A DNA stretch of 64,000 nucleotides from Thermoproteota archaeon. Its GTDB lineage: Archaea; Korarchaeota; Korarchaeia; Korarchaeales; Korarchaeaceae. The notes beneath the pieces are model-generated. The model saw nothing but the letters and a program-made list of their open reading frames with translations, did no database searches and had not been told where the DNA came from. The translations under genes were made by a program, and so were the position numbers. Shown here piece after piece: positions 21,201 through 34,477 of this stretch. The stretch's first letter is position 1; each line of letters begins with the position of its first letter. The stretch lies in NCBI GenBank assembly GCA_027491735.1, contig JAOZGP010000006.1, positions 32,001 to 96,000 on the forward strand. The letters are read 5' to 3'.

Positions 21201-24200
21201 AATCCTCTTTACATTGAGACTGGGGTACTTATGACCCCGAGACCTCTTGTCGTTTTAGCTTTCAATCCTCTTTACATTGAGACGTATGTTAAGAAGAATC
21301 TGGTAGTCTGCTAAGTTCAGGTCTTTCAATCCTCTTTACATTGAGACTTTTGTTATAATACATCTTTTAAACAACTATTACTGGATCTTTCAATCCTCTT
21401 TACATTGAGACCTCTCAGCGTGGAGATTTCGTTTATCTCCGCAATTTCAGCTTTCAATCCTCTTTACATTGAGACCTATGCTTGGATGAGATCTCTCCCA
21501 AAAAGAGGGATTTTCTTTCAATCCTCTTTACATTGAGACTTAGAACTGGCGGCTTAAGTAAGTTTAAGAGATCAAATCTTTCAATCCTCTTTACATTGAG
21601 ACCCGTGGGCGCCTGGTCGAGGTAGTGTGGGAGGACTATGAACTTTCAATCCTCTTTACATTGAGACTTCAACGAGCCATATTTCTGTATCGAGCTGCCT
21701 GCTATCTTTCAATCCTCTTTACATTGAGACCATGAAGAAATCCAGGCATAATCACGCTCCAACATTTAGCTTTCAATCCTCTTTACATTGAGACTTAAAG
21801 TTTGGAGGGATGGCGATGACTGAGGAAAACTTCCCTTTCAATCCTCTTTACATTGAGACAAAACATTATACTACATCGGAGGCGCTGAGGGAGTTATAGC
21901 TTTCAATCCTCTTTACATTGAGACTGAACTACTACTACAGGGAGATCATGGCTAAAGGGTCTTTCCTTTCAATCCTCTTTACATTGAGACCTTCCATTCC
22001 TGAGCACCAGAACGAGTACATTCAGGATCTTTCAATCCTCTTTACATTGAGACCTAAACACCCTGCTGTGGTCAGGAGATGGGAGCTATTCCTTTCAATC
22101 CTCTTTACATTGAGACCAAAGAGGTAAGATGGGCCCCATGACGGAGAGTATATTCTTTCAATCCTCTTTACATTGAGACTGAAGGTGTGTCCCCGATGCG
22201 AAAAAGTCTACAGTTACATCTTTCAATCCTCTTTACATTGAGACAGACTGAAGGTACTCGCTGTAGTATCTTGCCTTCTTTTCCCTTTCAATCCTCTTTA
22301 CATTGAGACGGACATAACCGACTTCATCCAGAACCTGCCCTCCGAGATCTTTCAATCCTCTTTACATTGAGACTACCTCTAACAGTAATGGCCATAGTCC
22401 TCGGTATTATCGCTTTCAATCCTCTTTACATTGAGACATTACGTTTACATCGCTCAAATTGAAAACACCATATAACTTTCAATCCTCTTTACATTGAGAC
22501 CTCTAATTTCAACATCAGTAAGACCATACGACGAGAACTTTCAATCCTCTTTACATTGAGACGGCCACAGCACCTCCACTATTTTGCCAAACAGAGCGTT
22601 TCTTTCAATCCTCTTTACATTGAGACCAGACCAACTCACCGTATTCAGGCACCGGGGGATCGCACTTTCAATCCTCTTTACATTGAGACGGTGAGAAGCT
22701 GTGGTCCGATTGGGGCCAGCCAATGCGCTTTCAATCCTCTTTACATTGAGACATAAGTCCCTTGGAGAGAGGTCAGGTTGAACCATACATCTTTCAATCC
22801 TCTTTACATTGAGACATGGCACTATACATGATTGTAATGCTCTTTGCTATTTACTCTTTCAATCCTCTTTACATTGAGACCTTAAAAACATAGTGCTTGA
22901 TAACATACGAGAAATAGACTTTCAATCCTCTTTACATTGAGACATTCTCCGCAAGGCCCTGACGAAGGGCCTACCACAGCCCTTTCAATCCTCTTTACAT
23001 TGAGACTTTCCCTTACTGTTGGGATCTCGACGGGGAAGACATCCCCTTTCAATCCTCTTTACATTGAGACAAATCTTAGGGGAAAGAGTGAGCGCTAGCT
23101 GGGGGGTATACTTTCAATCCTCTTTACATTGAGACGAGATGTCACGGGTTCTGTTCAAAGAACCCAGAGCGTTCCCTTTCAATCCTCTTTACATTGAGAC
23201 ACACTAGTTTCCTTCCCTTGTGCGTCATTAAAGAACGTTCTTTCAATCCTCTTTACATTGAGACAGATCGACATCGAGCCAGTTACCTTTTCTGTCCCCC
23301 CTTTCAATCCTCTTTACATTGAGACAAGGAGCCAGTGAGGATATGGCTTGAAAAGAACATTATCTTTCAATCCTCTTTACATTGAGACGCACCGTTTTTC
23401 GAAACTTCAGACATAGTCGATCTTATCTTTCAATCCTCTTTACATTGAGACCTACCTGTGGGTCGGTAGGAGGGAATAGTCCCGAGGACCTTTCAATCCT
23501 CTTTACATTGAGACTAATGTACTGTATTGGAACGCTACCGTTCACGAGAGCGTTCTTTCAATCCTCTTTACATTGAGACTCGACCCCCTCGTTAAGCTGA
23601 GGAGGGGGTGGCTCGTCAACTTTCAATCCTCTTTACATTGAGACTAGTGGAACATGGGGTAGCTATGATCCCGAAACCGACACTTTCAATCCTCTTTACA
23701 TTGAGACTTACTTCCCGCGGGGAAGTGAATACCTTTCATGTCGCATTCTTTCAATCCTCTTTACATTGAGACGTGCCCTACAGGGGGAAAGCTGGCGTAG
23801 AAGTGAGCAAAGCTTTCAATCCTCTTTACATTGAGACTCATTTTGAGGTAATGCAAGCACTTGCCCCTAGGCCACTCTTTCAATCCTCTTTACATTGAGA
23901 CATACCGTGAAATTGAGAACAAATACAAACAGCTCTATTTCTTTCAATCCTCTTTACATTGAGACTCCGGGGAGCTTGCTGAGGTTGTCTGGGAGGACTA
24001 TAACTTTCAATCCTCTTTACATTGAGACGTTAACTTCGTCCCAGCTTTTGGCCGAGATGTGAGTTTCCCTTTCAATCCTCTTTACATTGAGACCAATGTT
24101 GCTATTAGATATTATGTAGTCTATTGCTTTAGATCTTTCAATCCTCTTTACATTGAGACAGAAACAAGATGCCACTCTGCCGTGGACACCGCTAAGATCT

Positions 24201-26909
24201 TTCAATCCTCTTTACATTGAGACGGGTACATACGGTTCCTCCTGGCAAGGCTCAGCTCTCTGCTCTTTCAATCCTCTTTACATTGAGACTAGCGTATCCC
24301 CTTCTTATACTAAAGGCGGTGGAGGATGACTTTCAATCCTCTTTACATTGAGACTAGCACATCTTCCCAGTTTATGCTATCCATCTTCTCACTACTTTCA
24401 ATCCTCTTTACATTGAGACAAAGTACAAGATTGGCCTTTTAACATTACAGGAAGCTGTCTTTCAATCCTCTTTACATTGAGACACCACATATGGCAATTC
24501 GTGTGGGGGCAGCAGGTTCGTCTTTCAATCCTCTTTACATTGAGACGTTTTGACTTTGACCATCGTCAATCGCTTAAAATAGCCTTTCAATCCTCTTTAC
24601 ATTGAGACTTTTAGATTATAGGCTTCAGATCCTCCTTCTTTATCTCCTTTCAATCCTCTTTACATTGAGACGAAGAAATAAAAAACAAAACGGCCGTTGG
24701 GGGCTTCCCAATCTTTCAATCCTCTTTACATTGAGACATGTCCCTCTTCCAATCCTCCAAAGTATAAGCTGAAAGTCTTTCAATCCTCTTTACATTGAGA
24801 CTTGAGGAGAGCCTACGTAAGGGGGCTAAAGGACATTAACTTTCAATCCTCTTTACATTGAGACAAACGGCCAACCCGCCGTATTCAGGCGGTAGAAGAA
24901 AAACTTTCAATCCTCTTTACATTGAGACAAGAGGAGATCAGCTCGTCTTTTGTGTAGTTAGAAATTCTTTCAATCCTCTTTACATTGAGACCGAGGATGC
25001 CCGTCTCCCGAGAGGCTGGAACATAGGGTACTTTCAATCCTCTTTACATTGAGACAAAATAAGTAAAAAGATATATGAGACTAGCGAAAAAGGAAACTTT
25101 CAATCCTCTTTACATTGAGACGTAAGATTTATATATGGCCAAAACACTAATATACTATTGGCTTTCAATCCTCTTTACATTGAGACTTCCAATAAAATAC
25201 ATTGAAGAGCTCACAGAGTATTTTAACTTTCAATCCTCTTTACATTGAGACGTTGCTCCACCTTCCTTATATAACAGCTTCGCTATTAACTTTCAATCCT
25301 CTTTACATTGAGACTAAGTGTGTGCATAAAATAAGTAGGTGGTGAAAACATGACTTTCAATCCTCTTTACATTGAGACTTACTGGCAGGGCTTTCTCTTT
25401 AGGGAGGGGAAGTGAAAACTTTCAATCCTCTTTACATTGAGACCTCCAGCTTATACCCCTTAGCTCAAGGCAAAAGCAGGACTGCTTTCAATCCTCTTTA
25501 CATTGAGACATAAAACCCAAGAAGCTCTGATCTAATTTTTTATTTTTCTTTCAATCCTCTTTACATTGAGACTGAACAAATATATTAAATCGGACACACT
25601 AAACTACATCTTTCAATCCTCTTTACATTGAGACCAGTTACCTTTTCTGTCCCCCGCTCCGCGGGGGTAGAGACTTTCAATCCTCTTTACATTGAGACAC
25701 CTCCATTTACTGCCCACAGCCTGTCATGGGAAGGAGCCTTTCAATCCTCTTTACATTGAGACTCGCTGAAGTGCCTAATGTACTTCAGCCAAGTTAAGAG
25801 CCTTTCAATCCTCTTTACATTGAGACCCAACGAAACTATCTGGATTTACAAAGATATCTTTTACACTTTCAATCCTCTTTACATTGAGACAATTGGAGAG
25901 GAAATAAAATACCTTAAGGACCTCTTCACTTTCAATCCTCTTTACATTGAGACATTCGTTTTGTTGAGAAAGAAATAGGAGAGGAAGAAGGCTTTCAATC
26001 CTCTTTACATTGAGACCGACATTTAAGGTAGGAGACATAGACCCGCTCTCGATATCTTTCAATCCTCTTTACATTGAGACAGGTCCCATAGCCGGCATCA
26101 ATGGATCAACATTGCTGGCTTTCAATCCTCTTTACATTGAGACTTCCATAAGTATAGTGCATTAGGCCAAAGATCGCTGAAGCTTTCAATCCTCTTTACA
26201 TTGAGACAAAAATAAGCGAAGGAAGAAAAGTATTTTCTAAAACACTCTTTCAATCCTCTTTACATTGAGACAGACGATGACTGAGCAAAACTCTTCTTCT
26301 CCTTTTTCTTTCTTTCAATCCTCTTTACATTGAGACATACTCTACCTTCACGGAAAAACAAAAGATGTTTGGGGTCTTTCAATCCTCTTTACATTGAGAC
26401 CTGAGGATTGAGGCAGGACTGGACTCAAACACTTTGGGCTTTCAATCCTCTTTACATTGAGACCGTAGCAATTCTTCCCCTTGAGGACGAGAGGTTCAAA
26501 TCCCTTTCAATCCTCTTTACATTGAGACAAAATTTTGAAATGCCATGCAACTAATTTACCCACTGCACTTTCAATCCTCTTTACATTGAGACAAAAAGTA
26601 AACTTCTTATTTCTCCTGCCTCCTTTTTTCTTTCAATCCTCTTTACATTGAGACTGAAGAACAAGGTTCAGAGCTTCTTAAGGGAAATACACTTTCAATC
26701 CTCTTTACATTGAGACTAAGATGAAGACACAAAAGCACGGGTGAAAAAATGGGAGCTTTCAATCCTCTTTACATTGAGACATCTCTATGAGTGGTGGCCA
26801 GGACAATACCTCATATACGCTTTCAATCCTCTTTACATTGAGACTTAGAGCATAACCCAGAAAGGGTTAGTAAAGGACATGCAGCTTTCAATCCTCTTTA
26901 CATTGAGAC

Positions 26910-27190
26910 ATATAGTACTCTAACAATTATCAAGCTGATTTCATGACTCTTCTGTCCCTTTACTCTTACATCGAAACTAACAAAAACTTTACGTAGAAAG
27001 ACTTATTTGTGATTAGCTGTTTGTTCGAGTAAAAACTTTTGTATGACCAAATCATCTACTTCGAAAGAGGGAAAAGATGCTTAGGATGTTCGAGTCTAAT
27101 TCATCACATAATACTTTATTTTTGGTAAATACACACGTCAGGAGCCCACAAATTTCATTAAAAGATTCGTCCTTCAGTTGGTGGGAGCTG
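26910..27190 (-). promoter_or_regulatory. CRISPR leader / divergent cas1 promoter region
   Basis: AT-rich non-coding stretch between the first repeat and cas1; AAAAACTTT occurs twice. Confidence 0.75.
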
Positions 27191-27193
27191 TCT

Positions 27194-29373
<2,180 letters not shown>

Positions 29374-29399
<26 letters not shown>

Positions 29400-29916
29400 A
29401 GAGGTTGAGGAATACTTCTTCTGCCCGATGCTATTCTACTACAAAAACTTTCTCGGAATGGAGAGGCCTAAGGGCCTCTGGTCCGATCTCGGCAGAGAGA
29501 TACAGGAAGAGATCTCGAAGTTTGTTAGGAGCAAGTTCAAGGTTGTGGACAGTCAGGTACTCCTCAAGAGCGAGAGACTTGGCGTTGTCGGTAAAGTAGA
29601 CTTCCTAGTTGAGGTTGATGGTAAGGTGCTCCCTCTGGAGATCAAGTACAGCAGAAGGATGAGACCCTGGTGGAGGTACACACTGGTCCTCTACGGGATG
29701 CTTCTCGAGGATCTGATAAAGAGACCCGTGAAGTCCGGTTTCCTTCTCCTGAAGAAAAGGATCCTCAGAATCGACTTCAGAGATGAAGACAGGAGGTATG
29801 TCACGCAAGCAATAGAGAAGTGCAGGAGGATAATGAATGGTGACGTTCTACGATCCTTCACCTCTAGGAGCTGTGAGAACTGTGACTTCAGGTCAATGTG
29901 CCTCGATATCAGCTGA
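29374..29916 (+). CDS. cas4: Cas4 exonuclease
   Basis: Motifs EYFFCP, GKVD, PLEIK, CENCDFRSMC (Fe-S cysteines). Confidence 0.93.
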
Positions 29917-30820
29917 CAACCTTGTACCACCCAAAGCCAAAGCTACTCCTCTTTCCCACATGAGATAACTGACAGAAGGCCAGAGATTTCCTGATCCATG
30001 AGGTGGGTGCTCCAGAGCAGACCATATCTCCCAAGAGAAAAACTTGTTCTTCCCCCTTATACCTGAACCGTACCTCCCTTAACGAGCTCTCGATGATCTT
30101 GATCCTCTCAGCGCTCTTGAGAACCTCCTCAGCGTTAAACCCCGGCTCTTTCATGAGGTACTGATGATATATTGCTGAGAGCTTCCTCGACATGAAGGAC
30201 ATCAGATCTCTGAAGCTTGGATCTCTTAGAAGCCGCCCTTCTCTGATTAACCTGAAGGGAGTCAGGAACCTCAACATGAACATCCTTCCAATTCTGATCG
30301 AGAGATCTCTCTCTGAGATCCAGCTCCTCGTTTTGTACATTTTTCCATTTTCATAAAATATTTCTCTCTCTCGTCTGAATGGGTTCTCAACAGCAACTCT
30401 CCTCAGGACAAGCCTCCCCTTCTTCCCCTTCACACCAAGACCATGCCTGCACATGTCCTTCACGGCCATGAACAGGGGGTTCTCGAAGGAGACAGCATCT
30501 CCAAAGAGAACTAGGGAGAAGGTGAGTGAATCTCCCTCGGAGAAGTCCATCTCTGATGTGAGAGGGGGTTTTATCACGTAAGGTTTTGTAAAACCACTTA
30601 TCTTCTTGAGAACCAGGCCCTTGGATGGGGTCTTATAGAGGTAGCCGTAAGGGCACCTGAAGATCATTGAACATAGATCGCACTTTCCATCCTCCCTCAG
30701 ACAGAACTTCCTCTTCAGGTGGAGTCCTATGACCCCCCTGATGAGGTTCCCCTTCCAGGGTGGGAGAGTGGCCCTCTCCTCGAACTCAATTTCGAATTTA
30801 TAAAACCTACATATCCTCAA
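29909..30820 (-). CDS. cas6: Cas6 pre-crRNA endoribonuclease
   Basis: C-terminal G-rich loop HVGKRSSFGFG, FLTPFRL, N-terminal Cys cluster. Confidence 0.9.
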   Translation of the reverse strand: MRICRFYKFEIEFEERATLPPWKGNLIRGVIGLHLKRKFCLREDGKCDLCSMIFRCPYGYLYKTPSKGLVLKKISGFTKPYVIKPPLTSEMDFSEGDSLTFSLVLFGDAVSFENPLFMAVKDMCRHGLGVKGKKGRLVLRRVAVENPFRREREIFYENGKMYKTRSWISERDLSIRIGRMFMLRFLTPFRLIREGRLLRDPSFRDLMSFMSRKLSAIYHQYLMKEPGFNAEEVLKSAERIKIIESSLREVRFRYKGEEQVFLLGDMVCSGAPTSWIRKSLAFCQLSHVGKRSSFGFGWYKVVS

Positions 30821-30910
30821 GTCCCCACCCTGCTCAGTTCTGAATCAGGATCTTAAATAATTACATGATGCCCTGTGGACCATCTGTTTCTATGTCTTGG
30901 ATACCAATTC

Positions 30911-31624
30911 TCAGGCTTGTGTGTCAGCTATGATGTCTGAGCAGTGAGTCCGTGCGCAGATAAGAACCTTGAGGAAGTCCTCCACAACACTACCGAAAAC
31001 TGTATGAGTACTTCGATTTTTTGAACCTTCATAATCACAAATAACTGCTATGAGCAGGAGTCGTAGGGCTTTCTTGGCAAAACTTCCATGAAATGCATGC
31101 CAAATCTCGCTAATTATATCTTTTACCTTTTCTGCTGCAGCATTCATGTCAAGATTTTTTAGCACATCGACAACGTTTAACACGCATCTCTTATCAGCAT
31201 AATTTTCTAGGATTTCAGCTAATTCGTGCAGAACTTCATCGTTTATTCTTATTTGGATTTTCTTAAGCTTTTCCAATCTATTTTTCATTTTCATCGCGTG
31301 ATGATGAAATATTATTGGAAATAAATATAGCAATTCTTGCTCCTGCACTCTCTTTTCATAAACATTGATGAATTCTTCCTCAAACACCTTCCAGAAAACG
31401 TAGGCTGATACAAATTCATGTCCCGGGAAGCTAAGCTCATCGCTATCTTTCTGATAGACTACTTTTCCTATATCGTGAAAGACTATAACCCTCTCAACGA
31501 ACACTTCATCGAATTCATCGAGCCATAGCTTAGTTTTCTTAATCTCACTCAATGCCTTCAAGCATTCATCTATATGCTCCTCAAGTGTCTGACTTTTATC
31601 ACCTTTCTTAAAGGCGTAGATCAT
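30911..31624 (-). CDS. cas3'': Cas3'' HD nuclease
   Basis: Motifs TLEEH, FHDIGK, GHEF, FHHHAM, CDY. Confidence 0.92.
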   Translation of the reverse strand: MIYAFKKGDKSQTLEEHIDECLKALSEIKKTKLWLDEFDEVFVERVIVFHDIGKVVYQKDSDELSFPGHEFVSAYVFWKVFEEEFINVYEKRVQEQELLYLFPIIFHHHAMKMKNRLEKLKKIQIRINDEVLHELAEILENYADKRCVLNVVDVLKNLDMNAAAEKVKDIISEIWHAFHGSFAKKALRLLLIAVICDYEGSKNRSTHTVFGSVVEDFLKVLICARTHCSDIIADTQA

Positions 31625-33567
31625 TTCTCACACCTCAAGCCCGTTTCGCTATCGTAAGATACAGCAGCAGTAAAGGCAATCGGTGAAACAAGTCTTTTCT
31701 TATCTTCAATCCAAATTCCTCTCAAAAGCATTTTAGGGCTTAAAAAGACCTTCTTTTTCTCAAACACAACCCTATCATTTTCATCGACATAAAGAAAACC
31801 AGTAATATCTAAAGATCTCAGCATCCTTGCAGATACCGGTATGCAGAGCTTGGAAATAAGCTTGCTAAGCTCTTTCTCATTCTTTCCAACGAACTTATTA
31901 AGATGTTTTATCGGAACTATGTTAACCTGATACTCCTCTCTCACGAAGCTACCTTCAAGCCTGAGCAAAATTTCAACAGCATTCTCAGGACTTTCTAGAT
32001 GATAGTGTATTCTCAACAAATCCTCTATTGCCTGAATATTGCAGAGGTCATCTTCTGAATATACATTATCCAAGAGTTCCTTATAGCCCTTTACCTCAGC
32101 TGTTCCTTCAGGGATGTGCACGTTCAGCTTGTAGTTTCTAAGCCATTTGAGAGTTCTCCGCGTTAATTCATAGTCGTAAACTTTATACATTGGAGTAGCA
32201 ATCGTCAGTCTGTCCTTCTTCCCTTTCCACTCGTTGAGCTTCTTGAAGTTTACATGTTCAAACTTCCTTTTGAGTATTTCGACGCATCTCTCAAAGATTT
32301 CGTCACTTTTAGTGTCAATACAAATCCATTTCACGTTCCTTGCTTTTCTGTTTAGCGAAATTGACAGCTTTAAGTACTTATCCTCGGCCTCATACCAAAT
32401 CACTATTTTTCCTCTCTCCTCATTGTATCTCAAAAATCTGCCCAAACGTTGTACAAGTGAATTAGCTGGAGCAATTTCCGTTATAAAAAGATTTGAGCTT
32501 ATATCAACTCCAGCCTCTATTACTTGCGTCGCTATTATAAGATAGTTATTTCTAAACTTCTTCAGCTTTTCGCTTTTCTCTCTTCTATCGGACTCTGTAA
32601 ATCTTGAATGTATTAGGAGGATATCATCAAAAGTTCCGCAAATTTCCTCATCGCTCCTCACTACTAAGTAAAAGTTTATAGCGTCTTCCACAGTGTTGAA
32701 AACGATTAAAACTTTTCTAAGCTCATTACAGTGCTCTTTAATCAACTCCTTTAATTTTCTATATTTCTCATTCTCTCTCAGCGGGTAGATTTCTATTTCA
32801 TACTCTTTGCTCATCCTCTCCTTAACGAAATCTTCGTCGAAGTAGTTGTAAGAATTGAAGTCTGAGCTTTTCGAGAATGTTATGAATACAATCTTATCCG
32901 AATACTCCTGCAAAGAATCGATCAGGATTTTCTTAAAAGCTTTTGGAAGAGTTGCCGACATCAAAACGAGTTTTTGATCGAACCTTATAGCAATCTTAAG
33001 CAAAGCTATCAAAAAGTTTAGAGATTTGGTTGAATCTGCAAGAAGGTGAACTTCGTCCAAGATTACATTGGATAGTACAGCAGACGCCCAAGAGAACATG
33101 TAATGACCGAAACTGAAAGATATACCTTCATAAGCTCTCAAAGCCTTTTCAAAATCCTCTGGAGCTATTCCGAATAGAGTTAGTGCGAGGGTATCAACTG
33201 TTGTTAAAGTTATGGGTTTGATCAAGTATCTTGAATCAGGATGGTGCATGTATCTAACTCCTATAATTTTTTCATCGCAAATCGCATTCTTTCCTCTCTT
33301 TCTTCCGATAAAAGTGTCGTATTGATCCTCGATAAGCGTTCTCAGGGGGTAGCATACTATCGCTTTCAGCTCTTCACATGCAGAGTAAAGGGCTAAAGTG
33401 GCTGAAATGGTTGATTTTCCATAGCCTGTTGGTGCTTCGATGATGAAGATGTTTTTGTCGTTCCAGTGTTCTGTGATCTTATCTAAGGCGAACTTCACGA
33501 AGGGTCTTGGGGATTTGAAGTTCCATTGCTTACAAACTTTCCTTAGGTAGCTATTCCAATCTGCCAT
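31621..33567 (-). CDS. cas3': Cas3' helicase
   Basis: Motifs APTGYGKS, DEVH, MSAT, QVIEAGVDI, QRLGR. Confidence 0.95.
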   Translation of the reverse strand: MADWNSYLRKVCKQWNFKSPRPFVKFALDKITEHWNDKNIFIIEAPTGYGKSTISATLALYSACEELKAIVCYPLRTLIEDQYDTFIGRKRGKNAICDEKIIGVRYMHHPDSRYLIKPITLTTVDTLALTLFGIAPEDFEKALRAYEGISFSFGHYMFSWASAVLSNVILDEVHLLADSTKSLNFLIALLKIAIRFDQKLVLMSATLPKAFKKILIDSLQEYSDKIVFITFSKSSDFNSYNYFDEDFVKERMSKEYEIEIYPLRENEKYRKLKELIKEHCNELRKVLIVFNTVEDAINFYLVVRSDEEICGTFDDILLIHSRFTESDRREKSEKLKKFRNNYLIIATQVIEAGVDISSNLFITEIAPANSLVQRLGRFLRYNEERGKIVIWYEAEDKYLKLSISLNRKARNVKWICIDTKSDEIFERCVEILKRKFEHVNFKKLNEWKGKKDRLTIATPMYKVYDYELTRRTLKWLRNYKLNVHIPEGTAEVKGYKELLDNVYSEDDLCNIQAIEDLLRIHYHLESPENAVEILLRLEGSFVREEYQVNIVPIKHLNKFVGKNEKELSKLISKLCIPVSARMLRSLDITGFLYVDENDRVVFEKKKVFLSPKMLLRGIWIEDKKRLVSPIAFTAAVSYDSETGLRCEK

Positions 33568-34477
33568 ACCCCAAACCTGTTTTAGCCCCGACCCCAAATT
33601 CTCTTAAAGCTGAAATTAAAATCGATTTAGCTTTATCCAAAAGTTCCCTCCTACCATCTCTCGAAGCTACGGCGAATTGAAATTCAATACCTTTGGGGAC
33701 CGTAAGGAAGAATATAGGATTCGGCTGATGCCAGTCGCCTGGCGCTTTTTCGAGTTTTTCTCCTAGTTCTTTCTCGCTTGCGGTGTAGTATGGTTGATAG
33801 TGTGGATTTATTACGTCGAGTTCTAAAATCGGTTTTTGGCTAAGCTGCTCAGGAGTTGGAAAGACGTCAAAGAAGATTATCTCTCCTTCTTGCTTTTGAG
33901 TTCCGAAAATCCTTCTCAGAACGGTCATCTCATTAAGTATATCATCAGATACATCCAGCTTCAGCTTATCTTCAATGGTCTTTTTAACTACTACATTGTT
34001 CCTCTCATCCTTTGCTGGATTTTCCAGAGCATCTTGAATTCTTTTAGCCAACTCGAAGAAATCTACACCGCAATCCATCAATCTACCAGCCAGATTCAAT
34101 ATGGCGTAATGCTTTGCAACGCCTTTCAAAGCCGAACCGGGGATGTATGGAACCCCGTAATTTCTGTGAAGTCTTATAGATGTCTCATAAACGCTCTCAT
34201 CCCCCAAGCCGACTATTAAGCGGGATTTCGTTTTCATTGTAAACGTTTCCCCAACGCTTTCCCAGAGGTTTTTCTGAAGCTCAAAGAATCTTTCATATCG
34301 CTCAATTTCTGGCAGTTTAATCTGAAAATTGAATTCAGCTATTTTTGGCTTCTTAGTTCCGTCTCTCTCCTCAACAAATGGAGTAAACTTCTCGATCTTT
34401 AACGATAGATTATCTATCTCATCCCAATGATTTTTTATGATTTCTTTAAGATAAGCTGGAACAAAAAATTCAGTCAT
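33551..34477 (-). CDS. cmr6: type III-B RAMP Cmr6
   Basis: Motifs RLIVGLG, GVPYIPGSALKG, DVINPHY, PNPIFFLTV, GVGAKTGLGYG. Confidence 0.95.
   Translation of the reverse strand: MTEFFVPAYLKEIIKNHWDEIDNLSLKIEKFTPFVEERDGTKKPKIAEFNFQIKLPEIERYERFFELQKNLWESVGETFTMKTKSRLIVGLGDESVYETSIRLHRNYGVPYIPGSALKGVAKHYAILNLAGRLMDCGVDFFELAKRIQDALENPAKDERNNVVVKKTIEDKLKLDVSDDILNEMTVLRRIFGTQKQEGEIIFFDVFPTPEQLSQKPILELDVINPHYQPYYTASEKELGEKLEKAPGDWHQPNPIFFLTVPKGIEFQFAVASRDGRRELLDKAKSILISALREFGVGAKTGLGYGRLE

Larger units (their letters stand above)
17779..26909 (-). CRISPR. CRISPR array, ~136 identical 25-bp repeats (+ strand CTTTCAATCCTCTTTACATTGAGAC), spacers mostly 36-42 bp
   Basis: Manual count. The - strand repeat ends in ATTGAAAG (classic archaeal 8-nt tag) and the AT-rich leader lies on the cas1 side. 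The trailer-most repeat (17779-17803) is separated from the rest by a 498-bp insert. Confidence 0.98.

Noticed and set aside
18830-26062. Short ORFs within the array (LSILFTLR / FNPLYIET / LNVKRIE repeats)
   Set aside because: They are translations of the CRISPR repeat in different frames, not genes.
18327-26884. Self-targeting spacers or spacers matching the 498-bp insert
   Set aside because: None found by eye within the window. This was not an exhaustive search and needs BLAST.
26953-26977. Degenerate repeat-like sequence (TTACATCGAAAC) one spacer-length into the leader, which might suggest + strand orientation
   Set aside because: Only the last 12 nt resemble the repeat (10/12). The ATTGAAAG end and AT-rich leader beside cas1 favour the - strand. 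Not counted as a repeat.
27077-27193. N-terminal extension of Cas1 as a possible fused domain
   Set aside because: It runs through AT-rich leader/promoter DNA; a better RBS and start lie at 27194.
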